From Haliotis cracherodii (taxonomy: Eukaryota): DNA of 64,000 nucleotides. The notes under the pieces were generated by a model that was not told the origin of the DNA, ran no database searches, and saw only the letters and a list, made by a program, of their open reading frames with translations. Made by a program: the position numbers and the translations under genes. The DNA is taken from positions 55,614,001-55,678,000 of the forward strand of contig NW_027266341.1 of assembly GCF_022045235.1 (NCBI RefSeq), read 5' to 3'. Below, piece after piece: positions 13,671 to 26,951 of the stretch; the stretch's first letter is position 1; each line of letters starts with the position of its first letter.

Positions 13671-15138
13671 TTTTCCAAGATGTTTCTAACGTAACAATCA
13701 TTGTGGCTATCTTATAAAGGAGTGCGAATCGAGAATTGCCTTTCTACTCTAAAACACAAATGCCTCCACATGGGATATATTACGAGCACTTCACCCAACT
13801 AATAGCAGTAGTCGGACAAGGGGTTGAGAGTGATCTCCCTTCGCCCCAGTCAATATTGGATTCCACTCGTCTCATCATTATGGCTTTACAGGAGTCGACC
13901 TCACTGCTGGTCCTTTGGCCCGTGGTCTTCAGATATTGCAGAGGGCATGCTTTTATACATAGGCCGAGGCCAGGCGCAAGTAGAAAGCCATACTGACACC
14001 TACTCGTATGCAAGAGTAGATTGATGTACATATATATGACGTAATATTCGTATCTTGCATTCTACAAAAATACCTAAATAATACAAGGGGTCTGAATTCT
14101 ACCCCTGTACGTCCACATCAGCGTTTTCAAAATGGGACGGTCAATAGGATTCCTCTGACTGTGAGTGTGTGGGTGGCTAGGATTTTTTCAGAAAATAAAT
14201 ATATTGTCTCCGAAATTGATTGAAAACTAATTATGCTTCCATCTGTTGGACAAAAAGAACATGTCAGCCACCAAAAATACGTTGTTGCAAGGTGGAATTT
14301 TGAAAAAATGTTTTATTTAGGCTCATAATTTTAGCTGATTTTGCATTTGTAGCTGAAAAATATCCAGTCTCCATACAAAATCCAACGTCGCCCACTCCCC
14401 CTTCCAACAGAACATGAAATGGTCGGCCCCTTAGGCCTAGTATAGTAATAACCAATATGCTTGTCATTTATCTTTCTCTCCTATTAGCTATTTTCTGTGG
14501 TCGTCGTTTTTCCAGATTAGAAATCAAACCAAATAAGAACTGTCGCTGCACACGTTGGTATTTACCAGTACCATTTAACTTTTATTTTATCCCTTTAGGC
14601 TAGGGAATAATTCCCCAATCCCACTTGGATTATGAGAGATGGGCATTCTTACTAGCCTGCTAGCCCGTGTCAGTCTGTCGAATGTAAAAGGTATTGTGAA
14701 GGCTGGTATAATAGAGGGTCGTTATATGGTATCGCTATTCGGCCTAGCAAACGTTTAAGGTTAATGTCTACAAGAGATGATCCATATCAAAGTGAACAAA
14801 ATTCACCCTGTTTCGAGTAATGGAGGCACGAAAAACACCCCGTTTCACCTGCACAATGTTTTGAAACTGATGTAGGCAACGTTTCAGTTGTAAGTTACAA
14901 CTTAATCCCGGTGTTCAGACGAAATAAACTGGCAGTTTCACCCTCGGCAATGCCATTAGGCTTGACCACGCCGGAAGCTGGCGATGAGCCTCGTTCTGAC
15001 TCCTGGAACTCCGTAACGTAGTTACCGTTGCCGTTATCGACGTCCCTTCTGTTTTCAACAGAAAAACGATCGCTTTTGCTCCGCTGACCTCTACGTTTTG
15101 CTCACTGCTGTATCATTCCAAGTGTTTCTTCTTCCAAG

Positions 15139-16130
15139 ATGAATACAAGGCTTCACATTCAAGGTATTTAAGATCACAATTATTCCACTTAACAGTATTA
15201 AGATGTTAAATTAGACGTGAAATTGGTCGTTGTTAGGCAGCTGTATCGGGACTGAAGATGGCGGCCGCCATTTGCAATTGTCTTAACTGAACATTTTACA
15301 TTGTAAACTTGACATGTGGTGCTCAGATGAAACCTGTTCGTACATTATAGTGTCGGGCGATGTAGTACAGATGTAAGATAACCTGTATTACGTGAAAAGC
15401 AGGTGTTTGGCCCATTTTATTGGTTAAATGTCGTCTTGCAGCACAGCCTGTAACCCTACATACACTTGGAGTTCGAGGTGTCAAAGGGCCGAGGTCGAGT
15501 GACATACTGTAGCTGTCAGAAGTCGTAAATTGTGATTTTTTGAACGTAGCCGTCGGCGTACATTTAACTGAGCCTAGCTTTCGTTTTTCTTTTTCAGCTC
15601 GGGAGGACATAATTCGCTATTATGGCACTCCTGCGGCTGTGAGTTTGTGGCCGTCTCAGGATGAGGAGTCCGACTGTGTATGTATAATTTTACATGCCCT
15701 CCCTGTAAATTCTTCCGTCTAGTATAGGTGATTTGTTGCACATTAAGTCTGCCCAGTCCCTATAATAAACTGTGATTCGTTTTCTTTGCAAAAGTATCCC
15801 GTATTTCTGTCTGACCTGACTTCCTTTGTCCCTCCCTCCCTCCACCCCCTCGATGTGTAGCGTTCCCTGGCTGTGTCCCCTTCCCGTTGTCCCGACCCCC
15901 TGAGCGTCTTCACTCCGTTCTGGGCCCGCCCTGTCTACGGTGAGACGCTCCCCGCCCCCGTCACCATCAACCACGCTGATTACTATCCTGCCCCAAGTGA
16001 TGATGATGACAGTGACTACTGGGTGTACGAGGACCAGGACGACCACAGCTTTGTGGATGACAGAGACATTCATCCCTTTAGAAAGGCGCTGACGGGAGCG
16101 GCTGCCTTCTTTAGGAAGATCTTCTCTTAG
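15139..16130 (+). CDS. Array gene copy 1: 3-exon orphan ORF (15139-15163, 15598-15677, 15861-16130), 124 aa
   Basis: aagATG with an upstream in-frame stop; CAAG|gtattt (phase 1); tttttctttttcag|CT; TGT|gtatgt or GCT|gtgagt (both phase 0); ctgac + pyrimidine tract + tgtag|CGT; TAG stop; AATAAA at 16792 followed by a GT-rich tract. Confidence 0.6.
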
Positions 16131-16149
16131 ACTCCTTTATCCTTTTAAT

Positions 16150-16240
16150 GTCTGAATGTGTGCAAGTGAGTGAATGAATGAGCAGGTTTGTATGTATGTG
16201 TGCGTTTGTGTGAGAGTAAATATACGATTGAATGAGCATG

Positions 16241-16275
<35 letters not shown>

Positions 16276-16557
16276 GTGGGAGAGAGAGAGACAGAGAGAG
16301 AGAGACTGAATGAATATGTATGTTTGTGTGTGTGTATTGTGTGCGTGTAAGAGTAAATGTAAGATTGAATTATCATGTCTGTCTGTATGCATGTATGTGG
16401 GTATGTGTGTGTGAGTGTTTGTGTGTGAGTGTGAGAGAGTGAATGAGCATGTATGTATGATGTGTGTATGTATGTGTGAGAGGGAGAGTGTATATTGTGT
16501 ATATATGTTAGAGATGAGAGCTGGAGTGAATGAACGAGCCTACATGTATGTGTGTAT

Positions 16558-16613
<56 letters not shown>
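16150..16613. repeat. Compound (TG)n/(GA)n microsatellite block in each array unit (putative 3' UTR)
   Basis: Visible dinucleotide runs, repeated at ~19630-20100, 24395-24950, 27965-28475 and 32020-32450. Confidence 0.95.
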
Positions 16614-16615
<2 letters not shown>

Positions 16616-17052
16616 ACCATTCCAGCGTATTTTTGGCGTATTTTTAGGCTCACAGTTTTGGCCCAACTTTCAGTTTCCTTTTGGCAAACCTCTTTGCTTA
16701 TTAGCATGGCACAAGACCATACTTTCTATACAATTTTGGCCCGTTTTTGGATCTCCCTTGAGGCATATTACTTTCGACTTTCGGTCATCTGAATAAATGT
16801 TTCTGTAATGTATACACAAGTTGTTTGTTTTCTGTACAGTGTTTCTTCCTTACAGCTAATAATATCTGGGTGACAGCAACCTGCAAATCCCAGGGTTTCC
16901 GAACATGAGACATAAATTCATATGGATATTGTTAAAAAGTGAATGTTGCCCCTATATTGCTGTGCTGCTGTGTCCCAGTTTCATGATCTGCACTTAGCAA
17001 AAGATTTCTAAGTAGGTGGGGTTACCTTAAGATCAGACACTTCTAAATGTTT

Positions 17053-17236
17053 ATGTGGCGACAATTGTGACACGGGATATTCTCTGAGGACAGCTCTCTG
17101 ACACTTTGTTATCTGGAATAATTTTTTTATTCCAATATAATAGCTCATCGTTTCTAATGTAACAATAACTGTGGCTTCCTTTTAAAGGAGTGCGAATCGA
17201 GAATTGCCTTCTCTAAAACACAAGTGTCGCCACATG
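17053..17236. mobile_element. Small MITE-like element within the array unit
   Basis: Inverted ends ATGTGGCGACAATTGTG / CACAAGTGTCGCCACAT; recurs in the array units. Confidence 0.5.
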
Positions 17237-18617
17237 GGATATATTACGAGCACTTCACCCAACTAATAGCAGTAGTCGGACAAGGGGTTGAGAGTGATCT
17301 CCCTTCGCCCCAGTCAATATTGGATTCCACTCGTCTCATCATAATGGCTTTACAGGAGTCGACCTCACTGCTGGTCCTTTGGCCCGTGGTCTTCAGATAT
17401 TGCAGAGGGCATGCTTTTATACATAGGCCGAGGCCAGGCGCAAGTAGAAAGCCTATACTGACACCTACTGGTATGCAAGAGTAGATTGATGTATATATAT
17501 ATGACGTAGTATTCGTATCTTGCATTCTACAAAAATACCTAAATAATACAAGGGGTCTGAATTCTACCTCTGTACGTCCACATCAGCGTTTTCAAAATGG
17601 GACGGTCAATAGGATTTCTGTGACTGTGAGTGTGTGGGTGGCTAGATATTTTTTTCCCCAAAAAATGTTTTCTTCGAAATTGATTGAAAACTAATTATGC
17701 TTCCATCTGTTGAACAAAAAAAACATGTCAGCCACCAAACAATACATTGTTTTGTGGTGGGTTTTTGAAAAAAACATTTTTTTAGTAGTTTATACTAATC
17801 ATAGTTTTAAACCTGATTTTGCATTTGTAGCTGAAAAATATCTAGTCTCCATACAAAATCCAACGTCGCCCACTCCCCCTTCCAACAGAACATGAAATGG
17901 TCGGCCCCTTAGGCCTAGTATAGTAATAACCAATATGCTTGTCATTTATCTTTCTCTCCTATTAGCTATTTTCTGTGGTCGTCGTTTTTCCAGATTAGAA
18001 ATCAAACCAAATAAGAACTGTCGCTGCACACGTTGGTATTTACCAGTACCATTTAACTTTTATTTTATCCCTGTAAGCTAGGGAATAATTCCCCAATCCT
18101 ACTTGGATTATCAGAGATGGGCATTTTTACTAGCCTGCTAGCCCGTGTCAGTCTGTCGAATGTAAAAGGTATTGTGAAGGCTGTTATAATAGAGGGTCGT
18201 TATATGGTATCGCTATTCGGCCTAGCAAACGTTTAAGGTTAATGTCTACAAGAGATGATCCATATCAAAGTGAACAAAATTCACCCTGTTTCGAGTAATG
18301 GAGGCACGAAAAACACCCAGTTTCACCTGCACAATGTTTTGAAACTGATGTGGGCAACGTTTCAGTTGTAAGTTACAACTTAATCCCGGTGTTCAGACGA
18401 CATAAACCCGGCAGTTTCACCCTCGGCAATGCCATTAGGCTTGACCACGCCGGAAGCTGGCGATGAGCCTCGTTCTGACTCCTGGAACTCCGTAACGTAG
18501 TTACCGTTGCCCTTATCGACGTCCCTTCTGTTTTCAACAGAAAAACGATCGCTTTTGCTCCGCTGACCTCTACGTTTTGCTAACTGCTGTATCATTCCAA
18601 GTGTTTCTTCTTCCAAT

Positions 18618-19605
18618 ATGAATACAAGGCTTCACATTCAAGGTATTTAAGATCACAATTATTCCACTTAACAGTATTAAGATGTTAAAGTAGACGTGAA
18701 ATTGGTCGTTGTTAGGCAGCTGTATCGGGACTGAAGATGGCGGCCGCCATTTGCAATAGTCTTAACTGAACATTTTAGATTGTAAACTTGACATGTGGTG
18801 CTCAGATGAAACCTGTTCGTACATTATAGTGTCGGGCGATGTAGTACAGATGTAAGATAACCAGTAATACGTGAAAAGCAGCTGTTTGGCCTATTTTATT
18901 GGTTAAATGTCGTCTTGCAGCACAGCCTGTAACCCTACATACACTTGGAGTTCGAGGTGTCCAAGTGCCGAGGTCGAGTGACATACTGTAGCTGTCAGAA
19001 GTCGTAAATTGTGATTTTTTGAACGTAGCCGTCGGCGTACATTTAACTGAGCCTAGCTTTCGTTTTTCTTTTTCAGCTCGGGAGGACATAATTCGCTATT
19101 ATGGCACTCCTGCGGCTGTGAGTTTGTGGCCGTCTCAGGATGAGGAGTCCGACTGTGTATGTATAATTTTACATGCCCACCCTGTAAATTCTTCCGTCTA
19201 GTATAGGTGATTTGTTGCACATTAAGTCTGCCCAGTCCCTATAATAAACTGTGATTCGTTTTCTTTGCCAAAGTATCCCATATTTCTGTCTGACCTGACT
19301 TCCTTTGTCCCTCCCTCCACCCCCTCGATGTGTAGCGTTCCCTGGCTGTGTCCCCTTCCCGTTGTCCCGACCCCCTGAGCGTCTTCACTCCGTTCTGGGC
19401 CCGCCCTGTCTACGGTGAGACGCTCCCCGCCCCCGTCACCATCAACCACGCTGATTACTATCCTGCCCCAAGTGATGATGATGACAGTGACTACTGGGTG
19501 TACGAGGACCAGGACGACCACAGCTTTGTGGATGACAGAGAGATTCATCCCTTTAGAAAGGCGCTGACGGGAGCGGCTGCCTTCTTTAGGAAGATCTTCT
19601 CTTAG
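18618..19605 (+). CDS. Array gene copy 2 (18618-18642, 19077-19156, 19336-19605)
   Basis: Same exons and splice sites; ORF intact. Confidence 0.58.
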
Positions 19606-19715
19606 ACTCCTTTATCCTTTTAATGTCTGAATGTGTGCAAGTGAGTGAATGAATGAGCAGGTTTGTATGTATGTGTGCGTTTGTGTGAGAGTAAATATAC
19701 GATTGAATGAGCATG

Positions 19716-19755
<40 letters not shown>

Positions 19756-20034
19756 GGAGAGAGAGAGACAGAGAGAGAGAGACTGAATGAATATGTATGT
19801 TTGTGTGTGTGTATTGTGTGCGTGTAAGAGTAAATGTAAGATTGAATTATCATGTCTGTCTGTATGCATGTATGTGGGTATGTGTGTGTGAGTGTTTGTG
19901 TGTGAGTGTGAGAGAGTGAATGAGCATGTATGTATGATGTGTGTATGTATGTGTGAGAGGGAGAGTGTATATTGTGTATATATGTTAGAGATGAGAGCTG
20001 GAGTGAATGAACGAGCCTACATGTATGTGTGTAT

Positions 20035-20102
<68 letters not shown>

Positions 20103-22104
20103 ACCATTCCAGCGTATTTTTGGCGTATTTTTAGGCTCACAGTTTTGGCCCAACTTTCAGTTTCCTTTTGGCAAACCTCTTTGCTTATTAGCATGGCACA
20201 AGACCATACTTTCTATACAATTTTGGCCCGTTTTTGGATCTCCCTTGAGGCATATTACTTTCGACTTTCGGTCATCTGAATAAATGTTTCTGTAATGTAT
20301 ACACAAGTTGTTTGTTTTCTGTACAGTGTTTCTTCCTTACAGCTAATAATATCTGGGTGACAGCAACCTGCAAATCCCAGGGTTTCCGAACATGAGACAT
20401 AAATTCATATGGATATTGTTAAAAAGTGAATGTTGCCCCTATATTGCTGTGCTGCTGTGTCCCAGTTTCATGATCTGCACTTAGCAAAAGATTTCTAAGT
20501 AGGTGGGGTTACCTTAAGATCAGACACTTCTAAATGTTTATGTGGCGACAATTGTGACACGGGATATTCTCTGAGGACAGCTCTCTGACACTTTGTTATC
20601 TGGAATAATTTTTTTATTCCAATATAATAGCTCATCGTTTCTAATGTAACAATAACTGTGGCTTCCTTTTAAAGGAGTGCGAATCGAGAATTGCCTTCTC
20701 TAAGACACAAGTGTCGCCACATGGGATATATTACGAGCACTTCACCCAACTAATAGCAGTAGTCGGACAAGGGGTTGAGAGTGATCTCCCTTCGCCCCAG
20801 TCAATATTGGATTCCACTCGTCTCATCATAATGGCTTTACAGGAGTCGACCTCACTGCTGGTCCTTTGGCCCGTGGTCTTCAGATATTGCAGAGGGCATG
20901 CTTTTATACATAGGCCGAGGCCAGGCGCAAGTAGAAAGCCTATACTGACACCTACTGGTATGCAAGAGTAGATTGATGTATATATATATGACGTAGTATT
21001 CGTATCTTGCATTCTACAAAAATACCTAAATAATACAAGGGGTCTGAATTCTACCCCTGTACGTCCACATCAGCGTTTTCAAAATGGGACGGTCAATAGG
21101 ATTTCTCTGACTGTGAGTGTGTGGGTGGCTAGATATTTTTTTCCCCAAAAAATGTTTTCTTCGAAATTGATTGAAAACTAATTATGCTTCCATCTGTTGA
21201 ACAAAAAAAACATGTCAGCCACCAAACAATACATTGTTTTGTGGTGGGTTTTTGAAAAAAACGTTTTTTTAGTAGTTTATACTAATCATAGTTTTAAACC
21301 TGATTTTGCATTTGTAGCTGAAAAATATCTAGTCTCCATACAAAATCCAACGTCGCCCACTCCCCCTTCCAACAGAACATGAAATGGTCGGCCCCTTAGG
21401 CCTAGTATAGTAATAACCAATATGCTTGTCATTTATCTTTCTCTCCTATTAGCTATTTTCTGTGGTCGTCGTTTTTCCAGATTAGAAATCAAACCAAATA
21501 AGAACTGTCGCTGCACACGTTGGTATTTACCAGTACCATTTAACTTTTATTTTATCCCTGTAAGCTAGGGAATAATTCCCCAATCCTACTTGGATTATCA
21601 GAGATGGGCATTTTTACTAGCCTGCTAGCCCGTGTCAGTCTGTCGAATGTAAAAGGTATTGTGAAGGCTGTTATAATAGAGGGTCGTTATATGGTATCGC
21701 TATTCGGCCTAGCAAACGTTTAAGGTTAATGTCTACAAGAGATGATCCATATCAAAGTGAACAAAATTCACCCTGTTTCGAGTAATGGAGGCACGAAAAA
21801 CACCCAGTTTCACCTGCACAATGTTTTGAAACTGATGTGGGCAACGTTTCAGTTGTAAGTTACAACTTAATCCCGGTGTTCAGACGACATAAACCCGGCA
21901 GTTTCACCCTCGGCAATGCCATTAGGCTTGACCACGCCGGAAGCTGGCGATGAGCCTCGTTCTGACTCCTGGAACTCCGTAACGTAGTTACCGTTGCCCT
22001 TATCGACGTCCCTTCTGTTTTCAACAGAAAAACGATCGCTTTTGCTCCGCTGACCTCTACGTTTTGCTAACTGCTGTATCATTCCAAGTGTTTCTTCTTC
22101 CAAT

Positions 22105-22129
22105 ATGAATACAAGGCTTCACATTCAAG
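22105..22129 (+). CDS. Array gene copy 3, exon A only (rest lost in the 100-N gap 22225-22324)
   Basis: ATGAATACAAGGCTTCACATTCAAG|gt followed by an assembly gap. Confidence 0.4.
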
Positions 22130-23385
22130 GTATTTAAGATCACAATTATTCCACTTAACAGTATTAAGATGTTAAAGTAGACGTGAAATTGGTCGTTGTT
22201 AGGCAGCTGTATCGGGACTGAAGANNNNNNNNNNNNNNNNNNNNNNNNNNNNNNNNNNNNNNNNNNNNNNNNNNNNNNNNNNNNNNNNNNNNNNNNNNNN
22301 NNNNNNNNNNNNNNNNNNNNNNNNTAATACAAGGGGTCTGAATTCTAACCTGTACGTCCACATCAGCGTTTTCAAAATGGGACGGTCAATAGGATTTCTC
22401 TGACTGTGAGTGTGTGGGTGGCTAGGATTTTTTCAGAAAATAAATATATTGTCTCCGAAATTGATTGAAAACTAATTATGCTTCCATCTGTTGGACAAAA
22501 AGAACATGTCAGCCACCAAAAATACGTTGTGGCAAGGGTGGAATTTTGAAAAAATGTTTTATTTAGACTCATAATTTTAGCTGATTTTGCATTTGTAGCT
22601 GAAAAATATCTAGTCTCCATACAAAATCCAAGGTCGCCCACTCCCCCTTCCAACAGAACATGAAATGGTCGGCCCCTTAGGCCTAGTATAGTAATAACCC
22701 AATATGCTTGTCATTTATCATTCTCTCCTATTAGCTATTTTCTGTGGTCGTCGTTTTTTCCAGATTAGAAATCAAACCAAATAAGAACTGTTGCTGCACA
22801 CGTTGGTATTTACCAGTACCATTTAACTTTTATTTTATCCCTGTAGGCTAGGGAATAATTCCCCAATCCACTAGGATTATCAGAGATGGGCATTCTTACT
22901 AGCCTGCTAGCCCGTGTCAGTCTGTCGAATGAAAAAGGTATTGTGAAGGCTGGTATAATAGAGGGTCGTTATATGGTATCGCTATTCGGCTAGCAAACGT
23001 TTAAAGGTTAATGTCTACAAGAGATGATCCATATCAAAGTGAACAAAATTCACCCTGTTTCGAGTAATGGAGGCACGAAAAACACCCAGTTTCACCTGCA
23101 CAATGTTTTCAAACTGATGTAGGCAACGTTTCAGTTGTAAGTTACAACTTAATCCCGGTGTTCAGACGAAATAAACTGGCAGTTTCACCCTCGGCAATGC
23201 CATTAGGCTTGACCACGCCGGAAGCTGGCGATCAGCCTCGTTCTGACTCCTGGAACTCCGTAACGTAGTTACCGTTGCCCTTATCGACGTCCCTTCTGTT
23301 TTCAACAGAAAAACGATCGCTTTTGCTCCGCTGACCTCTACGTTTTGCTAACTGCTGTATCATTCCAAGTGTTTCTTCTTCCAAT

Positions 23386-24372
23386 ATGAATACAAGGCTT
23401 CATATTCAAGGTATTTAAGATCACAATTATTCCACTTAACAGTATTAAGATGTTAATTTAGACGTGAAATTGGTCGTTGTTAGGCAGCTGTATCGGGACT
23501 GAAGATAGCGGCCGCCATTTGCAATTGTCTTAACTGAACATTTTACATGTAAACTTGACATGTGGTGCTCAGATGAAACCTGTTCGTACATTATAGTGTC
23601 GGGCGATGTAGTACAGATGTAAGATAACCTGTATTACGTGAAAAGCAGCTGTTTGGCCCATTTTATTGGTTAAATGTCGTCTTGCAGCACAGCCTGTAAC
23701 CCTACATACACTTGGAGTTCGAGGTGTCAAAGGGCCGAGGTCGAGTGACATACTGTAGCTGTCAGAAGTCGTAAATTGTGATTTTTTGAACGTAGCCGTC
23801 GGCGTACATTTAACTGAGCCCAGCTTTCGTTTTTCTTTTTCAGCTCGGGAGGACATAATTCGCTATTATGGCACTCCTGCGGCTGTGAGTTTGTGGCCGT
23901 CTCAGGATGAGGAGTCCGACTGTGTATGTATAATTTTACATGCCCACCCTGTAAATTCTTCCGTCTAGTATAGGTGATTTGTTGCACATTAAGTCTGCCC
24001 AGTCCCTATAATAAACTGTGATTCGTTTTCTTTGCCAAAGTATCCCGTATTTCTGTCTGACCTGACTTCCTTTGTCCCTCCCTCCACCCCCTCGATGTGT
24101 AGCGTTCCCTGGCTGTGTCCCCTTCCCGTTGTCCCGACCCCCTGAGCGTCTTCACTCCGTTCTGGGCCCGCCCTGTCTACGGTGAGACGCTCCCCGCCCC
24201 CGTCACCATCAACCACGCTGATTACTATCCTGCCCCAAGTGACGATGATGACAGTGACTACTGGGTGCACGAGGACGAGGACGACCACAGCTTTGTGGAT
24301 GACAGAGAGATTCATCCCTTTAGAAAGGCGCTGACGAGAGCGGCTGCCTTCTTTAGGAAGATCTTCTCTTAG
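23386..24372 (+). CDS. Array gene copy 4 (23386-23410, 23844-23923, 24103-24372)
   Basis: Same structure; synonymous CAC>CAT and GAT>GAC, replacements Y>H, Q>E and G>R. Confidence 0.58.
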
Positions 24373-26951
24373 ACTCCTTTATCCTTTTAATGTCTGAATG
24401 TGTGCAAGTGAGTGAATGAATGAGCAGGTTTGTATGTATGTGTGCGTTTGTGTGAGAGNNNNNNNNNNNNNNNNNNNNNNNNNNNNNNNNNNNNNNNNNN
24501 NNNNNNNNNNNNNNNNNNNNNNNNNNNNNNNNNNNNNNNNNNNNNNNNNNNNNNNNNNNNNNNNNNNNNNNNNNNNNNNNNNNNNNNNNNTGTGTGTGTG
24601 TATTGTGTGCGTGTAAGAGTAAATGTAAGATTGAATTATCATGTCTGTCTGTATGCATGTATGTGTGTATGTGTGTGTGAGTGTTTGTGTGTGAGTGTGA
24701 GAGAGTGAATGAGCATGTATGTATGATGTGTGTATGTATGTGTGAGAGGGAGAGTGTATATTGTGTATATATGTTAGAGATGAGAGCTGGGGTGAATGAA
24801 CGANNNNNNNNNNNNNNNNNNNNNNNNNNNNNNNNNNNNNNNNNNNNNNNNNNNNNNNNNNNNNNNNNNNNNNNNNNNNNNNNNNNNNNNNNNNNNNNNN
24901 NNNNNNNNNNNNNNNNNNNNNNNNNNNNNNNNNNNNNNNNNNNNNNNNNNNNTATTTTTGGCGTATTTTTAGGCTCACAGTTTTGGCCCAACTTTCAGTT
25001 TCCTTTTGGCAACCCTCTCGGCTTATTAGCATGGCACAAGGCCATACTTTTTATACAATTTTGGCCCGTTTTTGGATCTCCCTTGAGGCATACTACTTTC
25101 GACTTTCGGTCATCTGAATAAATGTTTCTGTAATGTATACACAAGTTGTTTGTTTTCTCTACAGTGTTTCTTCCTTACAGCTAATAATATGTGGGTGACA
25201 GCAGCATCGCAATATTGGCATATGCCCAAATCCCAGGGTTTCCGAACATGAGACATAAATTCATATGGATATTGTTAAAAAGTGAATGTTGCCCCTATAT
25301 TGCTGTGCTGCTGTGTCCCAGTTTCATGATCTGCACTTAGCAGAAGATTTCTAAGTAGGTGGGGTTACCTTAAGATCAGACACTTCTAAATGTTTATGTG
25401 GCGACAATTGTGACACGGGATATTCTCTGAGGACAGCTCTCTGACACTTTGTTATCTGGAATATTTTTTTTATTCCAATATAATAGCTCATCGTTTCTAA
25501 TGTAACAATAACTTTGGCTTCCTTTTAAAGGAGTGCGAATCGAGAATTGCCTTCTCTAAAACACAAGTGTCGCCACATGGGATATATTACGAGCACTTCA
25601 CCCAACTAATAGCAGTAGTCGGACAAGGGGTTGAGAGTGATCTCCCTTCGCCCCAGTCAATATTGGATTCCACTCGTCTCATCATTATGGCTTTACAGGA
25701 GTCGACCTCACTGCTGGTCCTTTGGCCCGTGGTCTTCAGATATTGCAGAGGGCATGCTTTTATACATAGGCCGAGGCCAGGCGCAAGTAGCAAGCCTATA
25801 CTGACACCTACTCGTATGCAAGAGTAGATTGATGTATATATATATATGACGTAATATTCGTATCTTGCATTCTACAAAAATACCTAAATAATACAAGGGG
25901 TCTGAATTCTAACCCTGTACGTCCACATCAGCGTTTTCAAAATGGGACGGTCAATAGGATTTCTCTGACTGTGAGTGTGTGGGTGGCTAGGATTTTTTCA
26001 GAAAATAAATATATTGTCTCCGAAATTGATTGAAAACTAATTATGCTTCCATCTGTTGGACAAAAAGAACATGTCAGCCACCAAAAATACGTTGTGGCAA
26101 GGTGGAATTTTGAAAAAATGTTTTATTTAGGCTCATAATTTTAGCTGATTTTGCATTTGTAGCTGAAAAATATCTAGTCTCCATACAAAATCCAAGGTCG
26201 CCCACTCCCCCTTCCAACAGAACATGAAATGGTCGGCCCCTTAGGCCTAGTATAGTAATAACCAATATGCTTGTCATTTATCTTTCCCTCCTATTAGCTA
26301 TTTTCTGTGGTCGTCGTTTTTCCAGATTAGAAATCAAACCAAATAAGAACTGTCGCTGCACACGTTGGTATTTACCAGTACCATTTAACTACTGTATTTT
26401 ATCCCTGTAGGCTAGGGAATAATTCCCCAATCCCACTTGGATTATCAGAGATGGGCATTCTTACTAGCCTGCTAGCCCGTGTCAGTCTGTCGAATGTAAA
26501 ATGTATTGTGAAGGCTGGTATAATAGAGGGTCGTTATATGGTATCGCTATTCGACCTAGCAAACGTTTAAGGTTAATGTCTACAAGAGATGATCCATATC
26601 AAAGTGAACAAAATTCACCCTGTTTCGAGTAATGGAGGCACGAAAAACACCCAGTTTCACCTACACAATGTTTTGAAACTGATGTAGGCAACGTTTCAGT
26701 TGTAAGTCACAACTTAATCCCGGTGTTCAGACGAAATAAACCCGGCAGTTTCACCCTCGGCAATGCCATTAGGCTTGACCACGCCGGAAGCTGGCGATGA
26801 GCCTCGTTCTGACTCCTGGAACTCCGTAACGTAGTTACCGTTGCCCTTATCGACGTCCCTTCTGTTTTCAACAGAAAAACGATCGCTTTTGCTCCGCTGA
26901 CCTCTACGTTTTGCTAACTACTGTATCATTCCAAGTGTTTCTTCTTCCAAT

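Noticed and set aside
13736-14031. ORFs MPFY/MSPHGIYY... repeated in each unit as a second gene
   Set aside because: Frameshift differences between copies, interrupted by the MITE in one unit, non-ATG starts and no splice support.
13682-14235. Terminal redundancy as LTRs of a tandem LTR retroelement
   Set aside because: No consistent TG...CA ends, PBS, PPT, TSD or gag/pol remnants.
14870-14915. Penelope-type hammerhead ribozyme (minus strand hairpin AGTTGTAA-C-TTACAACT then GAAACGTT)
   Set aside because: The CUGANGA core is replaced by GGGATTA and no stem I pairing is evident.
16111-16796. ERERER / HTHTHT ORFs
   Set aside because: Translations of dinucleotide microsatellites.
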